A stretch of DNA of 64,000 bases, taken from contig NC_042998.1 of assembly GCF_006345805.1 (NCBI RefSeq), forward strand, positions 15,872,001 to 15,936,000, in the 5' to 3' direction. This DNA is from Octopus sinensis (lineage: Eukaryota). The position numbers and the translations under genes were made by a program. Shown here piece after piece: positions 12,871-27,137 of this stretch. The notes beneath the pieces are model-generated. The model did not search any database and was not told the origin of the DNA. It saw only the letters and a program-made list of their open reading frames with translations. Position 1 is the first letter of the stretch. Each line of letters opens with the position of its first letter.

Positions 12871-15839
12871 ATTTTACGTATATTCACCTACAAACAGGCT
12901 AACAAACATACACACACGCGAGCACACACCATGGTTATTACAAATGTTGAACTTTATTTGATTTTTATCATATTCGTGTTGTATTAAGATCTGCCTTTAC
13001 GCTGCTTTAGTTTATATAAAATATACATTGCGTGTAATTATTAAATTGGAAAATCGAAATATTAACAACTCGTTGTAATTAATAAACAAGTCTCATGTGC
13101 TAATGTAGTATTCCAACATATTTGTGCAGTTTTAATTGAGCTGCTTAATAATGATTCACACGTGTTTTGTAATAAGCGTGTCTAATTCGTTCTCTTGTCA
13201 AAAACAGAAAATCGTATATTCCCCCACATTAAGGAGGTTGCACCCATTTGTACGACGTGGTGAATTTGCAGTCGAAATGAAAGGTTGTTCGTATTCCGAT
13301 ATCTGTAGCCGACGTTATTAATGTTATAAATACAAGCATTTGTTTGTATTATGCTGTTGAGCAAAATGAACAACAATCATATTAAATTCAAGACTATTGA
13401 AAAGGTTGCAAGACGCAACGAAAATTTTAGGAAAATAAAAATAAGAAAAAAGTGGAAATTTTACCGGTATGTGTGTTACATTATAAGGCATAAAAAGAAA
13501 ATGACTCTCCCCAGACACAAGAGAATATTAAATTCAAATGTAGGTTTATGTAAGCTTGTGGCAATCATTCTCTGAAAATCTTTCCATAAATGAATTTTAG
13601 TGCTTTCATTCTGCATTCTCCGATGCTGAACGGAATGTGTCATAATTACGATAATATAAGTTAGAATTCTATGTGAGGATGGCATTTATTCTCTTGAAAT
13701 GCATTTGATTTTATATAATCAAATAACTGATTCAAGTAAGGAGATGAAACCCAAGAAGTTTGTGAAAATAATATATAGGTGTACATGTTGAATACTTTAA
13801 TTGAAAGGATGAGAGACGGAGTAAAATAAAACGGAAAATGATATTTGCTAGAACCGGTTGGCCTATAAATAGATCGCTGCATTGTAACGGCTCAATTTTA
13901 GAACATAAAGAGTAGAGTTACATATGTATGAACTATTTTCTTCTTTTCTGTGACGAAAGACCATATGGAAGCACTTTCATTTACTTGTTATGACTGAGCA
14001 CCACATGTCTTCGTAGACTATAAATGAGCGATTTTACCTTTCTTAACATCGCCCGCTCTCATTCATTTAGAAAATGTATCCTATCCGAAACCACCAAATG
14101 CAAATTCAGAAAAGAAAATTTCTATGAATAGTATCGTTTATAGCAAGTGACATGGAAATACGTACAATTCAAAGCACTAATAAAAAGGTTGAGAAGCAAC
14201 ACTATTCAACGACTGAGTTCGTAGATCTGGGCGGAAACAAACTTCTAAAACGGTAGTTTGGAATGAAAATTCATACATTTCAAGATAGGCAAGAGAAGTG
14301 TCTAATAAACCCGCCGCTAATATCTCAGGACCCGTTAAAATCTCAGATAAATAAAAATGGCATGCATTTTACGGAACTAGAGTAGAGCACAATGTAATGG
14401 TAAGCATTGTTTTAATGCTGATGATTGAACAAAAGTATTTATAATTACGATGTTCATCTGCCGAAAAAACCATAATTATAGCAATGAATCTTCTATTATA
14501 TCCATTCATTAATGAAATAAACTTTTAAAATGCCAACTTTTCATTTGTTATTCATATTACAAATCATCTTAGAGTTAATTCCATATGATTTTTGTTCTCA
14601 ACATTTTCCCAGAGTTTGTAGCGTTTAAATCAGGAAAATATTTCAAAATTTTCACCCAATGTATCATATTTGACCGGGTCAAATGCCATGGCATGCTCTC
14701 GTTTCATAAAGTGTCATTATGTATCATCTGATATTCTAGTTTTTAGATATCGCGTCATACATTTTATGAATGAATTGTATATTGCTACCTGAGATATAAT
14801 CACTGAAGTAAATAAACTACTAGCGAAGATACTTGCTTAGTAAGTTAATTATGTGCAATTTGATTAGCATCATTTCTGTTTACGGTATTTCATAAAATTT
14901 GTAACTGACTTTCTCTAATCATGGAACTAAGATCTCCGAAACGTTTCCAGTTAAGAAAATCATTTCACCATCTTTTGCAAAGGTATGTTTGTCATTTTTA
15001 AGTAAACAATGTTCAATCGGTATTTTGCCTTTCTGGTGGTTTAAGTGTATCTTGATTGTTTGTTTTAACTCTCATGTATTCCATTCAAATCTTGTCAGAA
15101 AACTACATTAATTTCTTAAGCACACAGTTGATATAAATTTCAGATTGTTTTGATATATTATTGAGTTGAATTAATGATATTCAATACGATAGAAGAAAGC
15201 TCAAGCAAAATATACCAACAACTTAGTATATCTGTTTATCGCGACTGAAACAACCGAACTTTAAAATGATTTACATTTGAAGTTCAGTTGTTGCTATAAA
15301 TAGTGTCTGATTAAGAATACTAACAATATGTTGAGTATTTTGAAACAACAACAAAAATGGAGATTCGGCGAAATTTTAAATGTATCATAGTTCCAATGAA
15401 AAATTTTTTAATGAAAATTTATCAAAAAACATTTCTTGGTCTTTCATAAATGTTCAATATTTGTGAGTAAAACGCATTAATTATTCAAACGTCTAACATA
15501 ATATTCAGATATAAATATGTTTGTGATATTAATTTTGTTTATCGTTAATATAATAAAACAACTTTATATAGCTGAAGTGGTAACGTAGCCAAGTCTACCG
15601 ACTGAAAACGTGCTCAACATGTCTGGTAATAATTTTCTGAGCAGAAGGTTACTTTTAAAGTTACGAGCTTATTTCCTTCTAAAATTATTGGAAAGAATCT
15701 GCAGTTATTTGTCATATGCCATTCAAATATTCTCGATGGTAGAAGTTTGATTAAAACCTTACTACACTTAAATATAAGTTGATTAGTAACCTTCTTGACA
15801 CTTCAATATTATCACCACACTCCTGTTTCTATTTGACCT

Positions 15840-15844
15840 ACATA

Positions 15845-15922
<78 letters not shown>

Positions 15923-16035
15923 TATATATATACATATATATATACGTACACGTACTGCTATATGCACACTCACGTATATACATACAAATATACAGACATA
16001 ATAGATACATACACACACATATGTATGTATATATA

Positions 16036-16112
<77 letters not shown>

Positions 16113-16125
16113 TGTGTGTCTGTGT
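15840..16125. repeat. Long (TA)n microsatellite
   Basis: Direct reading. Confidence 0.95.
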
Positions 16126-16239
16126 GCGTGCTGCAAATATATGTATAATTTGTGAGATTTAGAGAGACATTAAACCTTTTTTCCTCAGATGTTTTCCTGC
16201 TTTTCATGTTAGCGATCAATACTCTTTTTATTGAAAGTA

Positions 16240-16480
16240 ATATTATCGTTGATAGACGACTCTGTCAATTTGTGAGATGTTTTCATGAATATATGCCAAC
16301 ATTGCTTCATTATTTTTCGGTTATTAGAATTGCTCGGTCGGCGAGGAATTGGTCTCTGCAGACAACAGAGAATAGAGGTCACTACTCAAATGAATGGAAT
16401 ATTTCACTTGGCCGTTCTGTCTGATATGTTAACCTCAGGCATAATTGTGAATTCCCTTAAAATATCGTGTTGAAGTACCG
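16240..16480 (-). mobile_element. Possible Helitron helicase remnant
   Basis: Minus strand reads RDQFLADRAILITEK, preceded by an EIF-like stretch, resembling the 'ERAIL.P.N' motif of the Helitron PIF1-like helicase; stops and frameshifts present. Confidence 0.35.
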
Positions 16481-16537
16481 ACTCCTAGCACTGTATCTCT
16501 GAAAAGAACCTAATATCGTCAAATGTTTTATGTTCTT

Positions 16538-16578
<41 letters not shown>

Positions 16579-17429
16579 GTAATACCATTTGTAATTAAAG
16601 ACATTTTAATCATGAAATAAAAGATATAGCACCAATTCTGTACCGCATTTGATGTTTAAAGTAGATCTCCCCGGTACCTGTTTCAAAATTAATGTCTTAC
16701 GCTAAGACTTTCTTTTTCGCTTAAAGAATCTATGGCATCTACCTACTTATCAAAAGTCCTAGCCAAGCCTTCCCTGCTGGACATCATTATAGTTGGCTGC
16801 TTTATTGAAATATTCATTCTCAGCAGGCTGTGCAACAGAATTTGTTTCTAGAGTAATTAAACTAGCTACGAACACTATAAGCCTTGTCCATGATAACACT
16901 CCATAACATTTCGTTGTAGGATATTGTCTACTTGTTTTCTTTCACTTTCCGTTCTTATGAAGAAATAAAAGACGATATCTGGAAAGCACTTAAAAACTTG
17001 TTGGCACCTCAAACTTGCTACAGCAGTACGTTAATTGAACAGGAATAATTTTCTTTTTACTGAAGCGACTTGTTAATTAAATCAATAAATCGTAAACTTA
17101 GAACATTCCTATTAGATATTTTAATACATTTTCTAATGGCTTCCAAGAAAAAGAGGCGGTTTTGTCACTTACAGCAGAAAACGTGTGAGAATGACAAAAT
17201 GAAAGGCGAATAAAGAAAACGTGAGAAGAAAAAGAAAAGACAACAATATCAGAAGTAAATGTAAATGTGGAAACATGGTCGAATAATAAAAACAAACAAA
17301 ATAGCGAAGCGTGTAATTAGTCTTTAGAATATTATTCATTTTGAAGAAATAAGGAAGCTGCCAACTACAAGATCAGTATCAACGGCATATATATTGTACT
17401 TTTATAGTTGTTAGTGTTGTTGCTCACGT

Positions 17430-17687
17430 CCTTCTTCTTCTTCTTCTTCATCATCATCATCATCATCTTCTTCTTGTTCTTCTTCTTCTTCTTCTTCTTC
17501 TTCTTTTCTTCTTCTTCTTCTTCTTCTTCTTCTTCTTTTTTCTTTTGTTGTGATTATTATTTTGAGTAAACATGCTGATGATGATCATGATGATGATGGT
17601 GATGATGATGATAGCAAACGTTGATTGGAATGATATTAAAAATAAATGAGCAACAATAATTAACACTGAGAATAGTAGTAGTAGTAT

Positions 17688-17742
<55 letters not shown>

Positions 17743-17818
17743 AGTAGTAGCAGCAACAGCAGCAGCATCAGTAGTAGTAGTAGTAGTGGTAGTAGTGGTA
17801 GTAGTGGCGGTAGTAGTG

Positions 17819-17849
<31 letters not shown>

Positions 17850-17919
17850 TAGTGGCGGTAGTAGTGGTAGTAGTAGTAGTAGTAGTGGTAGTAGTGGTAG
17901 TAGTAGTAGTAGCAGTAGC

Positions 17920-17957
<38 letters not shown>

Positions 17958-18030
17958 CGGTAGTAGTAGTAAGAAAAAGAAGAAGAAGAAGAAGTACAAC
18001 AATAACAACAACAACAGCAACGATAATAAT
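17430..18030. repeat. Compound trinucleotide microsatellite (CTT)(CAT)(TAG/TGG)(AAG)(AAC)
   Basis: Direct reading; source of the poly-L/V/R/K ORFs. Confidence 0.95.
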
Positions 18031-18122
18031 AAAAGCATTAAAATCTGTTGTGCGTAAATGAAATAATAATGCTGTTCATTGGAAGTACTAACATGTACAT
18101 GTTTTCTCTTGCTGTAGAAGAT

Positions 18123-18560
18123 GGGCTGCAGCAAATATTCTGCTCGATACAACAGATTTGATTGTCAGTTGCTTGACCTTAATCAGGTTAAACATGTTTC
18201 TTAGTGGCTGACGGCAGGTTTAGCTTTGAACTCAAGCAGGAGTAGTGAGGGAGCATCACAGCAAATGTTTAGGATTTGAATAATTCACCACTGGCAGCAT
18301 GGATGTTTCTTTCATCATCCTAAAAGAACCCTTATTTATAGACTTTTTTTAAGTGGGATGGGCTACTTGATCTAAAGAATGAAGTAACTGGTTCTCACCT
18401 AAATATTATTCATGATAAAGGCATACGATGTCACGCATATTGTTGTGACGCATATGTGCCTGGCGTACCTTTATCGAACGTGTAGTCATAATGGTTATAT
18501 TTGGCTTCGTTTGTTTGTACCGCCAAAGCGTTACTCTGATGGCGTGTGACGCTCTCTGTC
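18123..18560 (+). mobile_element. Older copy of a non-coding retroposon with a (TAA)n tail
   Basis: Aligns by eye along its length to 30408-30864 (GGGCT(G/A)CAGCAAATATTCTGCTC ... GCTCTCT..CAATAATAAT). Confidence 0.8.
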
Positions 18561-18699
18561 AATAATAATAATAATGATAATAATAATAATTATAGAAATA
18601 ATGATGGTGATAATGGTGATGTGGAGGAGGAGGACAAGAAGAAGAAGAAGAAGAAGAAGAAAAAGAAGAAGAAGTAGGAGGAGATGATTTAAATTCAGG

Positions 18700-19150
18700 C
18701 AGGATGAAGGTGGTCATTACGTGCTTTGGGGCATATGCCGTCACTATGGTAATACGCACCCGTCGGACTGGTATGAATACCATCCACAGCTAGGGAGAGA
18801 CTTTTACAGTCCCATTGGTTTATGGGTTACTCAGAGGCAGGCAACTAAATTATAACACGCCGGACATTGTTATCAATGATATATGACAAAAAACATACCT
18901 GCTAATATATATTATGGAGCCCACTGATACAACTCAGGAAAAGAATTTGAAAATATTTCGAAATACAAGTTCATGGAGGTTGCGATATTTAGGACGTGGC
19001 AATTAAAAAAACAAACCCACCCCTGTTGTTGTTGATGTCCGGGGAATGATCAAGAAAAGTACCGACATAGTTTGTGATCAGAACCCACAAAAAAACGACA
19101 ATCTACCCTCATGAAAATTAGTTATCCTACCCTGGATGTTTCTTCAAGAA
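18700..19150 (+). mobile_element. Degenerate R4/Dong-type LINE C-terminal fragment
   Basis: GHYVLWGICRHYGNTHPSDWYEYHP, TPDIVIND and SKYKFMEVAIFRTWQLK parallel the 20676-21362 protein (GTYIHWKLCQHYG..WYRHTP, RPDIVV, SKYKDLEIEVTRMWNLK). Confidence 0.7.
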
Positions 19151-19289
19151 TTTTCTTGAGTAAGCAAACAAAGGAAGACTGATATAGTTGGATGGTCATC
19201 TTTGCCTTTCATCTTTTCTGGGGTTGATCTAATCCATTGGTCCCCTCTCCAAAAATTTCTGGCTTTGTGCGTAGAGTAGAAAAGAAAAG

Positions 19290-19339
<50 letters not shown>

Positions 19340-19340
19340 G

Positions 19341-19463
<123 letters not shown>

Positions 19464-19496
19464 TTATCATTATTATTATTATTATCATTATTACTA

Positions 19497-19842
19497 TTCT
19501 TTGTTTGACTTTTGCTTTATATTTGTACAAGTTTGCTCCAAGTCTCACCCAGAGACCTCAAGAGACAACAGATTGGAAGTCCATGTTGTTGTTATGTCTA
19601 GTGTGCCATATATTTTGGGTTTTTTTGTGCTGTACTAGTGAATGTCTATTAAATAAAAAATAAATAAATAAAAAATTAAATAAATAAATAAAAATTATTT
19701 GTTTTAAACCTTGAGATTACATAGAAAGTATTTTGCGTAGGATATGAGCAGTTCCCATGAGCACTATATTTTGAATTTCTGCTATTTTGGGGTTTCCTGG
19801 TATCTGAGTTAGGTAGCATTCAGCCCTTTTCGCCATTTTGCT
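19497..19842 (-). mobile_element. R4/Dong-type LINE subfamily B, 3' end
   Basis: Minus strand reads ECYLTQIPGNPKIAEIQNIVLMGTAHILRKILSM*, then a 3' UTR and (TAA)n; flanked by (TTA)n on both sides. Confidence 0.85.
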
Positions 19843-19902
19843 ATCATTAATATTATTATCATTATTATTATTATTATTATATTATTATTATTATTATTAT
19901 TA

Positions 19903-19940
<38 letters not shown>

Positions 19941-19949
19941 TATTATTAT

Positions 19950-20017
<68 letters not shown>

Positions 20018-20050
20018 TTATCATTATTATTATTATTATCATTATTACTA

Positions 20051-20397
20051 TTCTTTGTTTGACTTTTGCTTTATATTTGTACAAGTTTGCTCCATGTCTC
20101 ACCCAGAGACCTCAAGAGACAACAGATTGGAAGTCCATGTTGTTGTTATGTCTAGTGTGCCATATATTTTGGGTTTTTTTGTGCTGTACTAGTGAATGTC
20201 TATTAAATAAATAAATAAATAAATAAAAAATTAAATAAATAAATAAAAATTATTTGTTTTAAACCTTGAGATTACATAGAAAGTATTTTGCGTAGGATAT
20301 GAGCAGTTCCCATGAGCACTATATTTTGAATTTCTGCTATTTTGGGGTTTCCTGGTATCTGAGTTAGGTAGCATTCAGCCCTTTTCGCCATTTTGCT
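20051..20397 (-). mobile_element. R4/Dong-type LINE subfamily B, 3' end (near-identical duplicate of 19497-19842)
   Basis: Same truncation point and same adjoining microsatellite variants; period ~555 bp. Confidence 0.85.
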
Positions 20398-20434
20398 ATC
20401 ATTAATATTATTATCATTATTATTATTATTATTA

Positions 20435-20494
<60 letters not shown>

Positions 20495-20576
20495 TATTAT
20501 TATTATTATTATTACTATTATTACTATTATTATTATTACTATTATTATTATTATTATTATATTATTATTATTATTT

Positions 20577-21431
20577 TTCAGTAGCTTTATTTTTATAGCG
20601 TGCTTTCACTTCACTACCGAGCGCAGCTCTGTGTGCCTTGGGTATGTGTTGTGATTTGTTGTGATGCTCTGGTGGTTATTGTATGGAAAGTGTTCTGCGT
20701 AGGATGTGTGCAGTGCCTAGTAGTGCAATTTTCTGTATGTTATATGTGTTTGTAAGTCCTGGTGTTTTTGTTATGTATGTGTCTGAATATTTTTTTATCA
20801 TGCCTAATGCACCTACTATGATAGGAATTGTTTCTGTTTTCAGATTCCACATTCTGGTTACCTCTATTTCTAGGTCTTTGTATTTTGAGAGTTTCTCCAT
20901 TTCTTTTAGAGACACGTTGTCATCTGCCGGTATTGATACATCAATTAGAAAGCATTTTTTTCCTTCATGAACTCTGACAACTATATCTGGTCTGTTGGCC
21001 TTAATTTCTCTATCTGTGTCTATCGGCATATCCCAGAGTATGGTTGCTTTCTCGTTTTCTGTGACCTTTTCTGGTGTGTGCCTATACCATCTTTTTTCTG
21101 TTGTTATTCCATAATGTTGGCATAGCTTCCAATGTATGTAGGTTCCAACTCTGTCATGTCTGTGAATATATTCCTTCTTAGCCAGGACTGGGCAGCTAGA
21201 GATAATATGATTTATTGTTCCTTGTCCATCTCTACATATTCTGCAGTTACTTGTTATATTTCTTTTCATTACATGTTTTTGGTAATTTCTGGTGGGGAGG
21301 CTTTGGTCTTGTGCTGCAATTAAAAATCCCTCTGTTTCTGCTTTGAGTCCTGAGCTTCTCAACCATTGCTGGGATTTTTCTTTGTCTATTTCTTTTGCGT
21401 TTAGTTTAGTCCAGTATTTACCATGAAGGGG
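20577..21431 (-). mobile_element. 5'-truncated R4/Dong-type non-LTR retrotransposon subfamily A (CCHC knuckle plus restriction-like endonuclease; ORF ends 20676)
   Basis: ORF has CRIC..HIISSC (CCHC), RPDIVV..IDVSIP and EKLSKY (PD-(D/E)xK REL domain) and an open frame of over 228 aa; embedded between TAA-type tracts, the known target of Dong elements. Confidence 0.9.
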
Positions 21432-21435
21432 CTTT

Positions 21436-21531
<96 letters not shown>

Positions 21532-21554
21532 AATTATTATTATTATTATTGTTA

Positions 21555-21633
<79 letters not shown>

Positions 21634-21645
21634 CATCATTATTAT
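21432..21645. repeat. (CTT)n(TTA)n microsatellite
   Basis: Direct reading. Confidence 0.95.
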
Positions 21646-22292
21646 TATATCCAATCAGTGTAAACCAGTAGAACCTGTTACAATGTCGAGCAGTTAGTGA
21701 TTGAACCGGCAACCCTACAAAGTGAACTGAGCAGGATCATCAATTTTAATGAGGGTAGGCAGGACTTTTGGAAGTATTGGCTGTCAGTCTGACTAATGCT
21801 GGTGACAGGACATATCTACCGACTGGTGGCAACTTTAAAACACACCTCATTCATCGGAGATATGTCTAGAATGAAATGTAATCTTAACAATGTCGATGAT
21901 GTCGGAACTTTTATCAAACGGTATCAATAAATGGTACCAATAAATTTAATAACTTGATGTAATCCACTGCTTCTGTCATCACAAAGAAGATCGGAATGTT
22001 TAGGGAAAATGTAGAACGGAAACAGAACTGTTCTGGAATAGGAGAGTAAAGGTAAGCATTGACACATATCGGAAGGAATCAAATAACATCGAGGAGGTGA
22101 GGACAGGAAATATGAAAGTAAATGACAGTGAATAGAACTACATAAATAAGAAATACCACCTATGAGAATGGCATGTGAAAATAAATAGTTAAAGCATGTG
22201 GTGTTACGATCAGAAGATACGTGGAAATATGCCTACATTTAAGACAAAATTAACTGTTTACAACAAATAAATTTTTCTACGAGAGTCTGATC

Positions 22293-22870
22293 GTTAGTTA
22301 GTTAGTTAGTTAGTTAGTTAATTTTTGGCTCAAAAAGCAAAAAGCAAGGCCATGTAGGGGTACATGGAGTTATGTACATGGTGGTGTTCATGTAAAGAGT
22401 TCAGGCCACTTGAGGTCAAGGGAGACTTTGAACCGAGCGGTCGTCGGTATCGTCACAATCTCGTCTGGCAGCTTATTCCACGGATCCGCAACCCGGACGA
22501 AAAAAGCCCCTCTCCTTCGATTGAGTTGAAATCGTCGCAGATAGAGGTTTTCAGAATGACCCCGCAGCCGACGCTCTGGAGCAGGAGTGAAGAACAGCTC
22601 TTTCGAGAGGTTACACTTTCCGCTTATGATGTTGTGAGCGAGAATGAGATCACCACGGCGGCGGCGTTTTTATAGAGAATAAAGGTCAAGCGTCTTCAGC
22701 CTTTCTTCATAAGACAAATTCTTGAGACCATGAACCATGCGGGTAGCCAGCTTCTGGACTCTTTCGAGTTGCTGTATGTCTTTGAGGAGATAAGGAGAAG
22801 AGGCTTGAATCCCGTACTCCAATATGGGTCTCACCAGCGTGACAGAGCGGTAGGAGACAGATGGAAGCAC
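22293..22870 (-). mobile_element. CR1-clade LINE 3' end with an (AACT)n tail
   Basis: LVRPILEYGIQASSPYLLKDIQQLERVQKLATRMV..LSYEERLKTLDLYSL, RRRGDLI and RVADPWNKLP; TTAG repeats at 22293-22318. Confidence 0.9.
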
Positions 22871-22989
22871 AGTTATCTGATCCCTCAGTGTCATCCATAT
22901 ATGAATTAAAAGTGTAATGTTCTGAAGCACGGAAGTATCCAACTTGTCCCTTAAATACAATAGGGTTTCAATAAGTGACTTCGAATAAA

Positions 22990-23330
22990 TAAAACAATGG
23001 TATACGACATATTTTCATATAGAATTGTAGTTGTGTCTCTAGATAAAAGAACTGCCACCTAGAGACAATTAACAAGCAAGACAGATCTAGGATTTCGTTG
23101 AAGACAAAAGGGAGTTGACCAGGTGCAATGCACCGTCTGACATGCAATCCCAATTTGAGAGGCATTTCATACCGATTCTAGCGGCTGCCGTGTCCTGATG
23201 TATTCAGTGTTGAGAGACATACACATTTCTAGACGGATGACCTCGCCTTCGTTTTCTCAAGACTTCAAAGTTGTCAGATCAAGCAACTACGAAATTCGTG
23301 CATATCAAGCAGCTAACCACAATACTCACC
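22990..23330 (-). mobile_element. Degenerate upstream CR1-like RT remnant
   Basis: MPL..C.VLHLG-like and E.DL..L.VS-like pieces in shifting frames. Confidence 0.3.
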
Positions 23331-23784
23331 TACGAGCTATACGCTCATCATTAGACAACAGATTCAGCTCTTATTCATGGATTGTCATTCATGGTATACT
23401 TTGAACTCAGTACAGAAATTATTACAGCACGTATTGTCTAATCACTCAAACGTCTTTTTTACAAGTCGTTCCAATGAAAATGCTCCAATTTAACGACGAA
23501 ATAATTTGGCAATATTTCACGCTTAAACGATGTCGATAAATACTTACAGTAATTCTGATTGTTATTCTACCACATCTTGATTTGAAACCGGTGCTCTGCG
23601 AGATTTTCCACCCAACGTGTAGAGTACTGTCCCATTCCATTAAAGATAACTTCCAAACTGAACAAACAAAATCTTTAAACTAACCATATATCACCCAAGA
23701 TTATCAACAAATTATCTGAAGTTGCCTCTGTATTTTGCTCAGTTATAAGCCGAGCAGCATGCCTTGATATTTTTATTGTTGGTA

Positions 23785-24143
23785 ATACCTAATTTACTTG
23801 ATACGAGCAACGGAACAGCCTGCTCGTGTAATTAACGTGTAAGTGGCTGAGCATTCCACAGACACGTGTTCCCTTAACGTAGTTCTCGGGGATATTCAGC
23901 GTGACACAGAGAGTGACAAGGCTGGCCCTTTGAAATACAGGTACAACAGAAACAGGAAGTATGAGTGAGAGAAAGTTGTGGTGAAAGTGTACAGTAGGGA
24001 TCACCACCATCCCTGCCGGAGCCTCGTGGAACTTTAGGTGTTTTCGCTCAATAAACACTCACAACGCCCGGTCTGGGAATCGAAACCGCGATCCTACGAC
24101 CGCGAGTCCGCTGCCCTAACCATTGGGCCATTGCGCCTCCACT
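23785..24143 (-). mobile_element. tRNA-derived SINE family C
   Basis: Head GGAGGCGCAATGGCCCAATGGTTAGGGCAGCGGACTCGCGG..GGTTTCGATTCCC (A and B boxes); the 3' domain is shared with 57470-57745 and 58060-58230. Confidence 0.85.
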
Positions 24144-25999
24144 ACCTTGCAATAACGTATAAATGAAGAAAACTCATTTCCCGCTCTCTTTCGAAACAGA
24201 AGTCAACCAGACATTTGCGTTCATGTATCAGTGGCTTAGATCTAGAACATATTAAAAGTGCGATCGATAGCACACTTTTCACTCTAAAGTCGTGAGTCTA
24301 TTCTGTTCTAACTGGATGGTAACTTTGCCAGGAAACTAAACAGATGTTATAGCTTAGTGAATAAATATATCCTCTGAAAGCGAGAATAGGACTGGTTAAA
24401 CTGGCGACAACCATCAGGTATCGATCTAGAAAAGTATCTAGCTGAAATAGCCAGGTTCGTTGCTCATCAAACATAATGTATATCAAGAAAGTTCAATGCT
24501 GTTGAAAGATTCCCTAACGATTAAACACGTTTGCACTTTTTCGGTTGTACTTATAAGAAGTGTCAATGTTTTGCTTATAACTTTGACAATGACTAAAATC
24601 TTATTTACCTGCATAGTAAGTTGATTCTTAACGGTAATATTCTTATTGATTGCGTAATAACTTAGCAGTGCAACCATTCCCCGATTCATGTAATTTGGAA
24701 ATCTCATATTCTGTGCTCCGCTGCAAATAGCACAATCTATATGCTTTCAACTATCATTAACTTTAATAATTATTTTCACAATAAAGTTCAGCCGTACATC
24801 AGCTGGTGATGTCCGCTTTCCGCAATACCTAGTGTGTTATGCCTAATACCTGGGGGAGTTCGTTGAAGAAAACATTAACATTGATGCACAATAACCCTTC
24901 TGGTTCGACGAACAGCTGCCAAAATTATCGTTGGAAATCCACCCAAGAGAACGTAGAATCGAGTTTCAGTTGTCTTTCCAATTCAATTAATCTTACGTCT
25001 TGCTTTGATGCTACATAATGTCTCTATTTCCCGAGCCTTTTAACCGATGCTTACTCACTATTTTTGAAAGTATACGCTTTAGCTGGGAACAAATAGTATT
25101 CGTCTTTCACAATAAATAAATGAGAGTCCAGCATTCTCACTGCTATATGTTGACCGTGAGTGTTTTCTCATTTGCAACTTTTAGTTTGCTCAATAGCTCC
25201 TATTCTAAACTGTTTTTGTCGATATCAGCATCTTTGAAACATATCTTAGAAATTTTGCACTGATCATCCAAAGAAATTATTTTAACAAAATTATTTAGAA
25301 GAGTTAGAATCTGACGTTAAGGACAATTACAAAAACAAAACTGAAACAGAATCACGTTTGTATACGTTGTACATGTCTTTGCATATGTTTTATGTGCGTA
25401 TGTGCTAGTGATATGTATATGTTTAAACTTATCAAAAAATGTGGTTTTATATTGTAAATATAAACAGGAAACAGACACATAAAATGTAGAGAATTTTTTT
25501 AAAAAGAAATATTTTAATCAAACGTGACAACATAACACTTTTAGAAAAACTATTCTAAAAATTTGCTATAATTAGTTTAATTCCTATTTCGAGTCATCAG
25601 TTAATTTTATGAAGATATTTTTTCCGTTAACAATTTTCTTTAAACTTCATTGCAATCAACTCTTTTCGATCGACCGTCAGCACATAATTCGAATTAATCT
25701 GATCAAAACCATTTTAATCACAAGAAAGTAAATAAGGGATTGTATCTACATTTGTCAAAGAGTAGGTAGGTATTTCGTTTTACTTGACCAGATAGGGATT
25801 TCTTGCAAAACGTCTGTGGATGGTCCCATTTCGTTTCTGTAGTCCACATTCCAAATGGAAATTTTTCTGTTAGAGTATGAGGAACCTCTGACGAAGTCCT
25901 AATATAAAGTTTACGATCGGTGTTTGGTGATGATCCTCGTAAAATTGCTTTTCATGATTATATATCGTTTTATTTGTCCTCTGGATTCCCTCAATCAAC

Positions 26000-27040
26000 A
26001 TTAAGATGTGGAAGCTTTTCTTTTATTCTTGACTGTTCAATTTATTATTGCTATTGCTATTCTTAATTTTATTGTTCCTTTTGGCGTATTTCTGTATGAT
26101 ATAATTTAGCTTGTGCATAGTACTGCGAATTTTCTTCATGGGTATATTCCCGCCGGTTTAGTTCAAACTGATAACAGTATGAAGATAATTGCATTCAGTA
26201 CATGTGGCTGCATGTGAAGCTCTGAGATACACCACCTATTATATCGGTCTTTGCTTAAAAGTAGCCATTTAACCTGAATATTATCTTTGTAGAAAAATCG
26301 CCACTTGTGATGCACCATTTGGGCGAAAGTGAGGCTGAGACGTTTAAGGTGGAGATAAATATAATTTTTCACATAGGCGCAGGAGTGACTGTGTGGTAAG
26401 TAGCTTGCTTACCAGCCACATAGTTCCGTGTTCAGTCCCACTGCGTGGCACCTTGGGAAAGATTCTTCTACTATAGCCTCGGGCCGACCAAACCCTGGTT
26501 AGTGGATTTGGTTGACGGAAAGTGAAAGAAGCCCGTCCTATATATGTATATGTGTGTGTGTGTTTCTCTGTGTAGTGTGTGTTTGTCCCCCCAGCATCGC
26601 TTGACAATCGATGCTGGTGTGTTTACGGCCTCGTAACCTAGCAAAAGAAACCGACAGAATAAGTACTAGTCTTACAAAGAATAAGTCCTGGGGTCGATTT
26701 GCTCGACTAAAGGCGGTGCTCCAGCATGGCCGCAGTCAAATGACTGAAACAAGGAAAAGAGTAAAGTCAGTATGCTGATATTTGCTAAGATACAGGTTAC
26801 GGAAAGGATTATTTATCTGGTCATTATTTTGTATTCTGCTTTTGAGTTTCATATTTGTTTAGAGATTTCAGTTATGTTTTGCTGATGTTGGTCACAGTTT
26901 TTTCGAAGTATTTTTCGTTGCTGAAATTTCGGCTCTGTAACCGTTTGTACTAAGAAGCTGGCACCCAGTTTGGCTGTTTCGTATATCTGCTTACCCCGGT
27001 GCGCACATTTCTTATTCGCTAATCCCTGCCATGTCTGCAA
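26000..27040 (-). mobile_element. Possible Penelope-like remnant interrupted by a SINE
   Basis: Minus-strand fragments SQSFTC, ATCTEC and LSTNGY resemble the GIY-YIG/thumb regions of Penelope proteins; very degenerate. Confidence 0.25.
26375..26766 (+). mobile_element. tRNA-derived SINE family B
   Basis: Full two-half structure homologous to 6533-6931. Confidence 0.9.
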
Positions 27041-27089
27041 AAGCCATTCTGTTGATCATTTTACAGCAGTAAGAACAGCAAAACCATGA

Positions 27090-27094
27090 TGTTG

Positions 27095-27137
<43 letters not shown>

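Noticed and set aside
14920-14952. GGAACTAAGATCTCCGAAACGTTTCC as a hammerhead
   Set aside because: The core lacks G5 and there is no helix II.
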